A DNA stretch of 64,000 bases from the human T2T-CHM13v2.0 reference genome, Homo sapiens, in assembly GCF_009914755.1 (NCBI RefSeq), contig NC_060930.1; one strand, written 5' to 3'. Positions 27,525 to 41,513 of this stretch are shown here, one piece after another. Numbering within the stretch: position 1 is the stretch's first letter; each line of letters starts with the position of its first letter. The notes under the pieces were generated by a model, which was not told the origin of the DNA, ran no database searches, and saw only the letters and a list, made by a program, of their open reading frames with translations. The position numbers were made by a program, and so were the translations under genes.

Positions 27525-28462
27525 CCCCAACTCAGCATCTCCTCTTGGATGTCTAAATAGACTCTCGATCTTAACACACCAAAAATCAAACTTCTAATTT
27601 TTATCATCATAATTTGCCCCACTCATAGTCTTCCCCATCTCAAGTGATACTCCCCTGTTACAGTTGCCCTAGCCAAATACAGTGGAGTGTTCCTTATTCC
27701 TCACTTTCTCTCATTACACCATATCCAATAGGTCAGGAAGTCCTGTTGACTCTATCTTCAAAGTATACCAATCACCTCTCACCCCGACCTCTGCTACCCT
27801 TGAGCCCAAGCCATTATCATCTTCTTCCTATATTGCTTCAGTAGCTTCATAACTGGTCTCCATGATTCTACACTTTCCTCCATACCATCCTGTTCTTAAC
27901 ACAGACACTGGGGCAATTCTTTTAGAATACATGTTTGTTCAAATATTTGCTCAAATGCCTCTGACTTCTCACTTTACTTCGAGTGACTGTCAAAAGCTTA
28001 CATGACTTACAAGGCACTATGAACATAATGACTTACAAGGCATTATGCACGTGGCTCCCTCTCACCTATCAGACCACTTATCCTACTGTTCACTCCCTTG
28101 CTCACATCTTTCCAAAACATGGTTGAATTTTACTTTATGCCAACCATAGTCTGGTCCTGTGGCTTTTGCACTGGCTCTTTCCTCTGCCCACAACACTCTT
28201 GCTCCAGATATCACCATGACTAGCTTCCTCAGTTTCTCCAGGTTTCTATTCAGATGCCATCAGTTCGATGAGGCTTAGCATGGCCACCCTATTTAAAATT
28301 AGAACCTGATACCTGCCCGAACTTCAATCCTTCCACCCAAGATAATCTAAGTGTTAGGAGGGAAGGGATTTTTGCACACACCATTCACTTATATATCACA
28401 TGTGCCAAGAGCAGAACTGGCACAGAATAGGCAGTCAATGAATATTTGTTAAATGAGTACAT
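27525..28462 (+). mobile_element. L2 3' portion
   Basis: 'catctcctcttggatgtctaaatag' ... 'cagtcaatgaatatttgttaaatgagt'. Confidence 0.8.
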
Positions 28463-28534
28463 GGATGAGCAATTCATTTTTCAATTCAATTTTGACCAAA
28501 ATAAATCACTAGCAGTAGATTACTTTATTTAGCA

Positions 28535-28620
28535 TATCAATATTACAGATGAGGAAACAGGCACAAATAGGTTAAGTAACTTGCCCCAGTTCACACAGCT
28601 AGAGAGTGCTAGAACAGTGA
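28535..28620 (-). mobile_element. MIR core
   Basis: 'tacagatgaggaaacaggcacaaataggttaagtaacttgcccc'. Confidence 0.75.
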
Positions 28621-28948
28621 TTTTCTTTTATTTCCCCAACACACACATTTTTTAGACTCCTGTACTGTACTGACACTCAATTATTGCTCCTCAACCACTG
28701 AGAAATCAAGCAAACAATAACAACAAAAAGAGTGTGACTACAATATTTGAGTAACAAAGTAAGCAAACTAGGCATGTATAAAACTTCATTCCTAACAAAT
28801 AGAAAATTCATATTTTTAAGCAGACATATTTCCAAAAATAAACCATGTTACAGATCAAATAAAATTTAACATCAAAGACTCAACATGATACAGACCACAT
28901 TATTTTACTTCAAATGCAATGAAAATAGAAGTCAATAAATTAAACACA

Positions 28949-29303
28949 GTGTATTAATCTGTTTCCATGTTGCTGATAAAGACATACTCAAGACTGCAAA
29001 GAAAAAGAGGTTTAATTGGACTTACAGTTCCACATGGCTGGGGAAGCCTCAAATCATGGTGGGAGGTGAAAGGCACTTCTTACATGGCAGCAGCAAGAGA
29101 AAATGAGGAAGTTGCAATAGCAGAAACCCCCGATAAAACCATCAGATCTCGTGAGACTTTTTCACTACAATGAGAACAGTATGGGGAAAACCGCCCCCAT
29201 GATTCAAATTATGTCTCACTGGGTCCCTCCCACAACACTTGGGAATTATGAGAGTAAAATTCAAGATGAGATTTGGGTGGAGACACAGAGCCAAACCATA
29301 CCA
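28949..29303 (-). mobile_element. THE1 (THE1C-like) solo LTR
   Basis: 'gaggtttaattggacttacagttccacatggctgggg...gagatttgggtggagacacagagccaaaccata'. Confidence 0.9.
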
Positions 29304-29409
29304 GATAGCTTCAAAAAATATAATACAGAGATGGAACCTAAAAACTGTACTTCTAAATACTTCATGCATTAAAAAGCCATCATAGAAATTTGGATCAGAA
29401 AGAAACATA

Positions 29410-29743
<334 letters not shown>

Positions 29744-30884
29744 CTAGATATATAAACTTCTGGGAGTAGTTACATTTGCTTCTTTTAATGTCTTATATTT
29801 AAATGTAGGCTAGAAAACAAGAAAGACCACAAATATGTAAGCTATTTGTTCTCAAGAATCTGAAAACAGAATTTACAGCAAATATAAAAATGTAAAAACA
29901 AGAAATAAAAATTAGAGCACAAAGTAAAGAAAACAAAAATAAACATGATTCCCAAAACCTGGAGCTACTTCTTTGAAAAGACTGTAAAATACACAAGTCA
30001 TTGGCAGTACTGATCAGAAAATGAGACAGTAAAAATAAACAGTATCATGTATAAAATAAGGAATAATAACAGAGATATTAGAGATTTTATAATATGAAAC
30101 TACAATAATAACTCTATACCAAAAAATTTTAAAACTTGGAAAAAATTGATCAAATGCATGGGAAATATGAATTACGTAAAATGACACAAGAAGAAATATA
30201 AAGCTTTAAGAGATTTATAAACATTGAAAAATTGGAGTCAATGGTTTAAAATCTACCCACAAAAATCAAAAGAGAAAAAAAAACTTGCTGCAAGCAGAAA
30301 ACCTTATACCTTATACATGTTCTTCAAAACTATCAACAAACATATAATCTCTAATCCCAACAATTTTCAAGGACAGAAAATAAAGAACACTTCCCTAACT
30401 GATTGCATGAGGCTGATAGGATCTTGATACCAAATCTGGGCAAGAACTGTACAAAAACAAAAAAAAGGAAACGTAGAGGCCAATCTCACTTATAACCAAA
30501 AATACAAATATTCTAAATAAAATACTGGAAAACCAAATCAAGAATTTTGTGTATATAATATATGAGTAATCTAGGGATTTTCCAGAAGTATGAGAGGTTT
30601 ACTATTAGAAGACAGATTAATGCACTTCACTTAAACATGAACAGAGGCATGTATCTTTACTCCTTCCTGAAACATTACTAAAATGACCATATGGTGATTT
30701 TTTAAGCTATTAATCCAGAAGGCAATCAGAAAAAGAGAGCAGATGACAGTAGGTAACAAAGAGGCTCACTCCATGCCCAAACCCCTACAGTGAAGCCACC
30801 TCTGGGTGTGTCCCAACCACATACTCACAGAGCATCCAAGCAGCCTGGTCAGGCCCCATTCTAAGGTAGGAACAGCCTTAAGAG

Positions 30885-31370
30885 CAAACAAATTCCTGGC
30901 ATTTGTGACAACATGGATGAACCTGGAGGACATTATGTTAAGGGAAATAAGTAATGCACAGAAAGATAAATACTACATGGTCTCACTTATTTGTGGAATC
31001 CAAAAAAGTCAAACTCATTGAAACAGAGAGTAGAGTGGTTTGTAACTTTCCATTATGGGGATGGCAGGTGGAGGGGTGGATTGAGGAGATGTTGGTCAGT
31101 CACAAAATTTCAGTTCAGAGGAATCAGTCCAGGAGATCTATTGTACAAGATCTATTGTGCCACATGGTGACTATAGTTAATAACAATGTATTGTATACTT
31201 GAAAATCACTGGGTACATTTTAAGTGTTCTCACCACAAAAAAATGATAAATATGTGAGGTAATACATGTTTTAAATAGCTCTTTTTAGCCAATCCATAAT
31301 GTAAACATATTTTTAAACATCATAAATATATGTATTGTCAATTAAAAAACAAAAATATTTTTGAAAAGTT
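30885..31370 (+). mobile_element. L1MA-type 3' end
   Basis: 'catttgtgacaacatggatgaacctggaggacattatgtta', 'gtgactatagttaataacaatgtattgtatacttgaaaat'. Confidence 0.8.
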
Positions 31371-31952
31371 TCAGAAAGAGTTGAAACTGTCTCAAAATAA
31401 ACAGGTTTTTAAATGAAAAAAAGAGATAACTCTATATTACATTAAACTCTAATAACATTTTCAGGAAATAAAAATCTCAAACTATATCTCATTTGCACCC
31501 TTCCTCAGGGGCTACAATATTTAGATAGTATCTAAACATGAAAATATTTAGGCATAGTAGTATGCCTAGAGGCATATCATTAAGAAACATGGAGGTAAAT
31601 GCCTGAAGGAGGGGGAAGAAAAACAGCTCAAATGTTTGAGGTTTGCCAGTCTTGCTACTGGTGAGCAGGATTTGGAATGGAAATAGTGGCACAAAGAACA
31701 TAGATTTGGGAGGATAAGCCTCGCAGTACAATTTTACTTTTTAAACAATGTGCCTTTATTCCTTTAACAATAATAAAGGTTCACTTTTTAAAAGGCAATG
31801 TAAATAATCACATTAACAATTTAAAGAAGAAACACCATATATTATTATTTCTATGTACAGAAAAAGCATTTAGTAAAATTCAACATCCAGCCACGTTAAA
31901 ATGTCCTAGAAAAATAAGAATAGAAGATAACTTTCTTAACTTGATAAAACCC

Positions 31953-32357
31953 TGATATGGTTTGGATCTGTGTCCCCACCAGATCTCATGTTGAACAGTA
32001 ATCCCCAGTATTGGAGGTGGGGCCTGGTGGGAGGTGACTGGATCATGAGGGTGGTCTCATGAATACTTTAGACCATCCCCTTGGTGCTGTTCTCCTGGTA
32101 GAGTTCTTAGGAGATCTGGTCGTTTAAAAGTGTATAGCACCTCCCTCTTCTCTGCCTCCTGCTCTAGCCATGTGAAATGCTGGCTATCCCTCTGCCTTCT
32201 GCCCATGATTGTAAGTTTCTCCCCAGAAGCTGAGCAGATGCCAGCATCATGCTTCCTATACAGCCTGTGGAACCATGAGTCAATTAAAACTCTTTTTTAA
32301 AATATATTATCCAGTCTCAGGTATTTCTTTATAGTATTGCAAGAACAGACTAATACA
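31953..32357 (+). mobile_element. MST (MSTA-like) MaLR solo LTR
   Basis: Starts tgatatggtttggatctgtgtccccacc; ends gcaagaacagactaataca. Confidence 0.9.
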
Positions 32358-32399
32358 AAGACATTTACCACAAACCTACAACAAATATCATCATATTAA

Positions 32400-32610
32400 T
32401 AAAACATTATTGAGCATTTACTAAGTGTCAGACAATAACAACCCTTTGAGATAAATTTATTATACTCATTGGCATATGAGTATACTGAGGCACAGAAACA
32501 TTCAGTAACTAATCCAACTGTTGCATAGGGAGTAAGTGGCCAAGCCAGGATTTAAATTCAGGCTGTCTAGATCCACCACCCACACTGTTAAGGGCTAAAC
32601 TATACCATCT
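32400..32610 (-). mobile_element. MIR
   Basis: 'ttattgagcatttacta...actgaggcacaga...agtaagtggccaagccaggattt'. Confidence 0.7.
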
Positions 32611-32763
32611 TTCATACTGGAGAAAAGTTAGAGTCACATGCTTTGACGTCACAAAAAAAGCAAGGATGCCTGATTTCACAGCTTCTACTCAACATTACAA
32701 AGCTCCTACAGGGTGTTGTATGAAAATAAAAATAAAAGTATAAAGATTTAAATGGAAAAAACA

Positions 32764-32968
32764 GGCTGAGGGCAGTGGCTTATGCCTGTAATCTCAACAG
32801 TTTGGAAGGCTGAGGCAGGAGAATTGCTTGAGCCTAGGAGTTCAAGACCAGCTTGGGCAACATAGGGAGACTCTGTCTCTACAAAAAATAAAAAAAATAG
32901 ATGGATGTGGTGGTGTGCCCGGGTAGTGCTATCTACCAGGAACCCTGTCTCTATTCCAAAAAAAAAAA
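32764..32968 (+). mobile_element. Alu left monomer or internally deleted AluJ
   Basis: Left monomer, A-linker, short right-arm remnant and A tail. Confidence 0.8.
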
Positions 32969-34639
32969 GGATAAAAACAGAACTACCATTATTTTCAGAT
33001 ATGATTGTCTACATAGAAATTGAAGATAATCTACAAAATGTTACAACTAATAAGAAAGTTCTAAAATGGGTGCTAAGTATAAAATCAATATAAAATTCAA
33101 TTCATCTTTCTATACATCAGTGACAATCAGAAATGTAATTTTATAATATACCATAACCAAGAGAAATAAAATCTATAATTTATCTATTAGTAAATCCAAG
33201 AAAAAGGATATAAGATCATTATAAAGAAATTTATAAGGCTTTATTGAGAGCTATGAAATTGTACAAATAAATGAAGCTATGCAACGTTCACAAACAGGAA
33301 GAACTGGTATTAGAAAGATGCAAATTCACCCCCATATTGATCTCTAACTTCAATACAATAACAATCAAAATTCTCCCAGAAATTGTTATGGAGCTTGATA
33401 CACTAATCCTATAGACCATATTATATACATTTATTTAATAAAAGTTAAAAATTCTGCATGGTAATGATAGACATCAACTGTAGGAATGATGAAGGCTTCA
33501 GTTAAAATTGTAACATTTCATTCCTTAAGAAAAAGATTTCACAACCTGAGGCAAATATGGCAAAATGTTAATGTATGTTAAATCTGTGTAGTTAGTATGT
33601 GAGTTTTTATTATAATATTTTCTGAACTTCTCTCATTTTGAAATTTTGCATAATTTAAATATTTTTAGAAGGAAAGTCAGTGATGTTGAGTGCTGCTGTG
33701 AGAACAAATAAGATAACTGCTAAATCATCCCTTAGATTTGCTATCATAGACATCACAGCTGACTTTAGCAGGAGCTGATGATGTGAGATGAAGGGGCCAG
33801 AACATGACTGAATTGGGTTGAGAAATCAGTACCATAAGTAAATGAAGACAGTGAATATAGATCAGGTCATTAAAAAGCCCATTTTTTTTAACTAATTCAA
33901 CAAAAATGAATTGAAAGTTGTTTTTATGGCACATAAAGCTTTGTAAAACCATCTCTGTTCTCAAAGAGCTAACATTTTGGTGAGGCTGTTTTATCAGTCA
34001 TCTTCTCACCCTTGGTGGCATGTCTACTCTGAAGGCTCTGTGGCATCGTGGTGTGGGAGAGGGGTCTGGCCTGCAATGGTCCTGAGCTGGCAGCAGGAGC
34101 CATGCTCTCTGGTTGCTGCCTTCAGTCCCACTGACATCCTTGGGACATTTGTGATTCTAATGCATTTCCAGTCCCATGGCTTATGCTGCCATCCACAGCT
34201 GAAACTTTTTATCACAACCACGAAGCACTTTGTCATCTTCTAGTCTTCTTTCATCCTTCATCATTTCCCAGGATGTGGCAGGAGGCTAGGCAACTTTCAG
34301 GTGCTTTTTAATGTCAGGGTGGAGCTTACTAAACTTGCAGAGAGTGCTACATCAACCTAAAATGGCTTCCTTTCCATGTTACTGCTGTCTGGAGAGTCAG
34401 CCTGGGTGGGTAGAGGTGAAGAGGTCCCAGGTCTCCTTCCAATGCGCACTCACCTGCGCCAACCTGTCTTGCTTTTTGCTCCAACTATCCACTGTCCTTA
34501 GCTCAAGGAACCTATTTTAGGCAAGAGAGAGGAGCAGCAGGGAGTCACTCTTTTTCTATGTAGTTCTGTATTCCACCAAGATTAAGGCTGTTGAACTTCA
34601 GAGCTAAACATCAGTGTTTCTGTTCTCTAGTTCCTTCTC

Positions 34640-35060
34640 CCTACCATCATCAGTATTTTATTATTAAAATGTTCAAACATACAGAAAAGTTGAAAGAATT
34701 TTCCAATGGACACCCACATACTTACCATCTGGCTTCTACAATTAACATTTTGTCCAACTCTCTTTATCATATATCTATCCTCCATCAGCCTGTCATTATT
34801 TTTTAATGCATTTCAAATTAAATTTGCAGAGATCAGTACACTTTACCCCTAAACCTGCAGCATGCACATCATTAACTAGAGCTTAATAATTATTTATAGT
34901 TATTTTAGGCAAAATTTTTACGTAGTAAAATCACAAATATTAATGCACTATACAATGAGTTTTGACAAATGTCCATACCTGGGTAAATACATTCCCTGCT
35001 CATCCACTGAAACAGCTACCTCATACCCATTCATAGTCAAAACCTGCCCCCTCACCAGAC
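34640..35060 (-). mobile_element. Old L1M 3' remnant
   Basis: 'aaacatacagaaaagttgaaagaatt', 'caatgagttttgacaaatg'. Confidence 0.55.
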
Positions 35061-35546
35061 CATTTTTAAGAAGGGTCTAGAAAGTTCCTCTCCTGGAATT
35101 TTCCCACTACTAGAAACATGATCCCTTCTCTACTATAATCTCTCTTCTCATGAGTCCTGAGTACTTCTAGTGGAGAGAGAAGATGGCTGCAAATGAAATT
35201 CTACGATTCCTGCAGAGAGCAGGGTAGTAAGCATGCCTCCTTCAGAAATTTCATTTACACCCTCCCCAACTAATCCTTTGGCTTATTTTCAATCTGCCCC
35301 AGACCCAAAGGCTTATAGATTTTCTCACCCATATACCATTGCATACAAAATTTCATGTGATAAGGTGAAAAGCCCACACTCTAAAAGGGAGTCTCCTTTG
35401 ACTTCCTCAAACTACACCGTATCTGCAGAATATATAAATGTACAGCACACTTCTTAATAATGCATTTTCACTAGAAATGTTTACATTTGTGGCCCATTCT
35501 CTGTCCCTAGGTAAATCAATAACCAAATCATCCACATTAGTGTTTA

Positions 35547-36853
35547 TGTTACAGGATCTTTGGAGTGTCGCTTTTCTGGCCAGAATCCTGTGGCTCGTGG
35601 TGCCTTTGCCCAAGTTTTGCTCATGCCTGCTGGGCTCGTTCTGCCCACTCAGCCTAGCAGGCTGCACTCGGCTCATGCTACCAGCCTGGATCCCATGCCT
35701 CCAAGGAAGTCTTTGAGTCAGGCATGGAGCGGCAAGGGGTGGATGAGGGAGTGTGAGGTCTGGCCGCTGCGCCGTCAGATATGCCGGCTGCTGCCGCAGG
35801 GCAGTCAGCTCCAGGTCCCGGCATGGGTGCCGGCTCTCTGAAAGGCTGTGGCTGGACCAGGTGCACCACAAGCAGCTTCCCCAGCTGGCACTGGGGAATG
35901 CGGTGGCACCTGAAAGCTTGGAGATGCCAGGAACTGCAGGGCCCCAAAGAGGGAGTCACAGCCCTGGCTCCAGGAGCTCCCAGGTCTGGGCTCCCCAAAG
36001 GGCTGCAGCTCTTCTCTCCTTCTTTTCGCCCACAACGTGGTGAGCAAGGGGCATGTTGCAGCACTGTTTGTGTGATAGCTCTTTTAGCCTCACCATTTGG
36101 CAGTTCCCAAGTTCTTGTCCTGCACGCAGGAAGAATGAGGTACACAGGCAAGTGAAGGGTGAGCAAGACGAAGCTTCTAGCAGAAAGGGTAGCTCCTCTT
36201 TGCAGGCAGGTCGTCCTAACAAGTGTTCAGCTCCCAGGAGAAAGGGTAGCTCCTCTCTGCAGCTTGTCATCTGGTTGTCTGCCCTGCTCTGGGTGAGGCC
36301 AGGGCTTTTATGGGCCTCAGAGGGGGAGAAGTGCATGCTGATTGATCCATGGGCAACCACGGGTGGGCCCAGAAAAGGCACCACTCTGGTCCACAGGACT
36401 GGCAGCCCAGCCCCCAGCCTTCAGGCCCTCCTTTGCATCCAGCTACCCTCAGTCCTCCCTCAGCTTCCCCCATACCCTGTGCTCGTCAGCATGCAAAGTC
36501 CAGAGAAGACTGAGGCAGCAGGGGACTGGTATGTCAGCACTGCCCTGAGTGTGCACACACCCAGCCAGGCTTTAACGGTGCCCAGGCTCGGCCCCTAGTC
36601 TGCTCTAAGATCAGAGTGGGCACCGGGAGCAGGGAGAGGCCAAGCAGTGGGACCAGACACGCCAAGCCTTCAGGGTCAAGGGGGGTCTTCCTGGGACCCC
36701 AAGGGTGCAGACTGCAGAGACGCCTGGGTCCTGTGCCTGGGAAAGTGAGGCTCCCACCCACTCCATGGAGTTTGCAGGCAGCCTCAGCTATGCCTTCCCA
36801 CTGCAGCCAGCGTGATGACAACAGCCACTCCAGACGGCCCACTGCTGCCATCA
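35547..36853 (-). mobile_element. MER52 (MER52A-like) ERV1 solo LTR, GC-rich
   Basis: Termini tgttacaggatc... and ...ctgctgccatca; 4-bp TSD ttta at 35543-35546 and 36854-36857. Confidence 0.88.
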
Positions 36854-37054
36854 TTTACATCCTCTTTTTGGCCTCTTCAAGAATATGGTCATCTCGTTTC
36901 CTCCCAAACAAATGAATCATAGAATAAAAACCCAGTATGCTTTCTATTTAGGAGGTGAGGTAGCACTGAAGGTAGTGCCTAGCTCTACCTGTACTGACCT
37001 TGAAAGCTAGCAATGAAGCCCTTCTCCTGGCCAAGGCCACAGCTATTATTTAAA

Positions 37055-37180
37055 AGCCATGTGGCTCCCATACTCGCAGCTGAGTACAGGAGGAGGCTGA
37101 GGTGGGAGGATCACTTAAGCCAAGGAATTCGAGGCCAGCCTGGACAACATAAGAAGATCCAGTCTCTATAAAGAAAAAAA
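37055..37180 (+). mobile_element. FLAM/Alu monomer
   Basis: 'ggaggctgaggtgggaggatcacttaagccaaggaattcgaggccagcctggacaacata' plus A tail. Confidence 0.8.
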
Positions 37181-38621
37181 GCCATCTGGAATACATAAAT
37201 ACACATTTTTACAATGATGTTTTTAAAAAAGATACAAAAGCGCCACTATGTTTAGATCACTCATTTGTTCATTTTAAACTTAAGACTATGAAAATTAAAT
37301 TACACTTACTGAAAAAAAGTTACTCTATATATACAATAAGGTATTCAACTTCTCTTATGAAATATTTTAAATAAATAGAAGTGTCCACTTAAAAACAAAA
37401 TCATTGGGGCATTATATCTTTCAAAAATACTTTCTCCTATTAAGAAAGCAAATCCTTTCTCTTATGCTTTAGTAAATAAGAAAAGCACACTTTATGAGCT
37501 TCATTTCAACAGTAACTAAGTGACATTTGGCAACAGTAGGAGCACAAATCTGTTAACCATGGTACTTTTGTAATAAACAAATAGTATTAAATGAATTTAT
37601 TATATTAAACAAGTGTTCTGGATAATTAACATTTGATTTCTATTTATTCCAGGGTCTTTAAAGTGGTGATGGCCACACTTGTTAGGTTAGGAATACTCTT
37701 TGAAGAGAGAAAGCCTCAAAATGCTTGTTGTCAAGGATGTTTCACTGGAATTACAGAGCGCTTCAACAACAGTGAATGTGACTGTATCAACTTCAGACTC
37801 CCACCTTAAGTACAAAACAGTATCTGTCAGAACCATAAACTATCTGAAAAGAGAAAGGAGTTTTCGTGGGTAGGCTTTAAAGTCTCAAAAAATAATAATA
37901 ATTTCCTTCTGTATCTCTCTGTTGCTTATTCAAGCTAACCTTCTTCCTGATCCTCTCCCACATCACCACTAATCTTTATTGAACACCCCTGCTGCCTCTA
38001 AAAAGGATATTCCAGGAGCATGCTGAACTTGTGACTGCAAAGAACAACTGCCCAGACAGAGTTCAAAAAGTTTACACGGATCTACACCCTCCACAGGAAA
38101 TTAGCAATTCCCAATATTAAATTGCTTGCTTGTTATTGTATATTGTCAGTTTGGTTTTGACTCTGTTTGCTTTTGTGAGGAATGCTGAAAATTCTCTTGT
38201 ATAATTTAGGAAGGTAAGAAAGAAAATGCCAAACTTAATTTCCAACCTAACTCTCCATTTTGATATTGTGGCCAACCAAAATTGAGACTTAGCATCCCCA
38301 CACACTGACTACCACCCTATTATTCCTCTACCCTCTACTCTCCACCCAAGAAAAAAACAGGAACTACTAAAGGAACTAGAGTGGATGTCCTTTAAATCAA
38401 TTAACATCAACTGTAGTATTATTCGAGGCAAGGAAAGTCCAAGTATAAGAATATCAAAGGTTGCTCCTTTTCAAAAAATAATGTCAAATTGTTGTTAATA
38501 GGAGCAGCCACATAAATCTCTCAAGCAACTCAAAGTCTCGACTCAAAAATAACCAAAAATGTTAGATGTAATATTTTATTCCAATACTTTAAGAGGATCC
38601 CAGCTATACCCGAGGGGATGG

Positions 38622-38672
38622 CTATTACTACTACTGCTACTACTACCACTGTTACACACACACACACACACA
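38622..38672. repeat. Compound (TAC)n-(CA)n microsatellite
   Basis: Direct read. Confidence 0.9.
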
Positions 38673-39199
38673 CCCTTTCCACAATTCTCTCCACTAGATT
38701 TACATTTGATCCTCCTCTCTGTAAATCCACAGGACCCTAGAGGAAAAAAAAAATATTCATATTCAGGATACACTTGAATATCTGCAACATTAGAAAGACC
38801 TAGGATTAAATTATATCTGTAGAGAAATATAAATTCTGGAAAAATGGAGAACGAGGGACAGAAAATTAGAGGAAAAGGAGTAAGAGAAGACAGTGAGTGT
38901 AAGTGGAGGAAGGAGTTCTGTGGCCACTCTAGGGAGGCCAACGTAGTGAAACTCAGTGCTTGTGAAGGACTAGGAACAAAGTGGCTACCCAAAGAGTACA
39001 GCGCCTCATCTCCACATCCATATCTCACCCTCTCACCTTTGGGGAACAGCTTGGGCACAGTGACCTATGCTTTGTAGTAAGAAACTGTTTAGGTCTTCAA
39101 TGGTGACATAGGTGTGCTCAGTCACGGACACTGGTCTCAGGCAGTGTCTGGAGCTTCACATTCCAGGCTTCTGCCTCTTTCATTGTGGATCATCTGGCA

Positions 39200-39330
39200 G
39201 CAAGAAGTGTCTTCCTCCAGACTATAAGAAATTGAGGACAGGGGTTTTGTTGGTTTTGTTTATTGCTCTATAACATGGCCTGGAACATATACACGCTCAA
39301 TAAACATTTGTTGGATACCAGTTGAATACA
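39200..39330 (+). mobile_element. L2 3' end
   Basis: 'ccagactataag...gaggacagggg...gctcaataaacatttgttggat'. Confidence 0.7.
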
Positions 39331-39584
39331 GGCCAGCAAGGGGATCACAGCACCTCAGTGGCAGATTCACGATTAGAAACTCTTAATGTCCAGACTTATT
39401 ATGATTTTCTCCAGATATCACGTAGTTTAGAAACAATTTGGTTTGAAAAAATGTTCAAACTAATCTTAAGGAGTTAGGAGCTTTAACTCATAATTAAGCA
39501 AATATTTAATCCCTTTTAACTTTAAATACCAGAGAAAGAGCAAGTAACGTGGGAACACATACACAGAGAGGGACAAAAACTTTA

Positions 39585-39912
39585 CTTTTATTTATTTATT
39601 TTTACTTTATCTTTTCTTTTTTTCTTGAGACAGGTTCTCACTCTGTCACCCAGGGGGAAGTGCAGTGGTATGGTCTCAGCCCACTGCAATCTCAAACTCC
39701 TGGGCCCAAGCAATTATCCCGCTTCAGCCTCCCGAGTAGCCAGGACTACAGGTGCGTACCACCAGGCCCAGCTACTTTTTAAATTTTGTTTCATAGAAAT
39801 GGGGCCTTGCTATGTTGCCCAGGCTAGCCTCAAAGTCCTGGCCTCAAGCAGTCCTCCCACCTCGGCCTCCAAAAATGTTGGGATTACAGGCGTGAGCCAC
39901 TGCACCCCAGCC
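39585..39912 (-). mobile_element. AluJ
   Basis: Reverse dimer with T-rich tail. Confidence 0.9.
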
Positions 39913-40179
39913 TACTTGTATATTTAAAGAGAAGAGATTAAATTTTTTAAGTTTAATTTATACAAATCATAATTTAATGATTCCAAGCTCAGACTAATTA
40001 TAAATTAAGTAAAATCTAGGAACAGAAGATTTGTGGTGCTTTGTTATTTTATAGAATATTTATGTTAAGCCAAATTTCCCCAAGGCATTTTCTTGGGCCC
40101 TGGAGAAAGACACTTAAGTTTACATAGTAAAGGGCTAACTACTTTACAAATAAAGTTCACGTGTAATGATTTCTGACTA

Positions 40180-41080
40180 GCTAATATTTTTACAAGGTTT
40201 GAAAATCAAAGCAACATTTTTTAAAAGTATACCTTGAGAAATCTTAGTTCCACCCCATTCCTGTCCACCTTGTCCCCACACCCATTACGGTAGCCATTTT
40301 TATTTGTTTCTTGATTATCATTCCAATGTGTCTTTATACAAATATAAATAATTACAGATTTTTGTTTTTACTTTTTCATCTTTCTTAGTTTAATATATAC
40401 ACAATGCTGTTCCTTGCTTTCTCCGTTAACAGTAATACAGCCTGGAGATCTCACACCAGCATTTTATGAATGTCCTCATTCTTTTCATAACTGCATAGCC
40501 CTCCACTGTGTGGTGAATCAGGTCACTATTGGTGGGCACTGGTAATGTTTCCTGTTTTTTTCTATTGGAGATGATGCCATAATGAGTTTATACATACACT
40601 ATTTTGTAATTGAGTAGATAGATCTGTAAAATAGATTCCCAGAAGTGAGATTTCTGGAGCAAGGAGTAAAGTGCAGCTATAATTTTTGGTGATTATTACC
40701 AGACATTCCTCCACAGGAGTGGTATGCTCCATTTGCCACCAGCAGCAATATATGATTCACTGGCACAGTGTGTTGTCAAACCTTTCAGTTTCCACCAATG
40801 TGGCCATGAGAAATGTTATCTCATTTTTATTTCTCCTACTATGAGTGGGGCTGAGCATCTTTTCACATGCTTATGGACATTTCCATTTCTTTTTCTGTAT
40901 CTGTCCACTCCTGCCTTTCAACCATTTTTCTGTGCAGTGGCTGGTCTTTTTCTTCACAGTATTAGGAGCTTTTTATATAGTAGGAAAGTTACATATTTGT
41001 CTGTGATGTCAGTGGCAAATATTTTTTCCTTGTCTATCAACTGACTTCTGGCTTTGCCTATTGGAGTTTTCAAGTTTTTT
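40180..41080 (-). mobile_element. Old L1M 3' remnant
   Basis: 'tagattcccagaagtgagatttctgg', 'ccaccagcagcaatat', 'gctgagcatcttttcacatgctta'. Confidence 0.7.
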
Positions 41081-41435
41081 ATTTCCATTCAGAAAATATG
41101 ACTACATTGTCCTTTCTAAGCATTACACAACCCTAGAAGGTAGCACAATTATTTCCATTATTCAGAAGACACCAAGCTATAGGAATATTAAGTAAATTGT
41201 CCAAAAACATACAAACCTGACCACAGATCTAACACTGAAGATGATATAAAATTAATTATGCCATACTGCCCTCTCACCATAAAGATAAAAAATGAGAAAA
41301 GTAATAATATTAATATTTCACACTTTACATTGGTTGTATTTTTATCCTCACGCCAACTCTATAAAGAGATTATTTATTTCATTTACATTACAGATAACAA
41401 TTTGAGACTACTAAAAGGGAAATAAACTTCCCCAG

Positions 41436-41513
41436 TTTGCATTGACTTTTTTCTCATCTTCATGGATTTATCTACCTTCGATCTTTGAGGCTGCTGACTT
41501 TTGGATGGGGTTT
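41436..41513 (-). mobile_element. 78-bp L1PA 5'UTR/ORF1-start fragment, inverted
   Basis: Reverse complement reads aaaccccatccaaaagtcagcagcctcaaagatcgaaggtagataaatccatgaagATGagaaaaaagtcaatgcaaa, typical of the L1PA ORF1 start region. Confidence 0.75.

Noticed and set aside
35407-36915. Cluster of 80-181 aa overlapping ORFs
   Set aside because: Essentially confined to the GC-rich MER52 LTR; low stop-codon density explains them and there is no recognisable protein family
38576-39058. 160-aa minus-strand ORF
   Set aside because: Runs through a microsatellite (VCVCV, poly-Ser) and low-complexity sequence; no family resemblance
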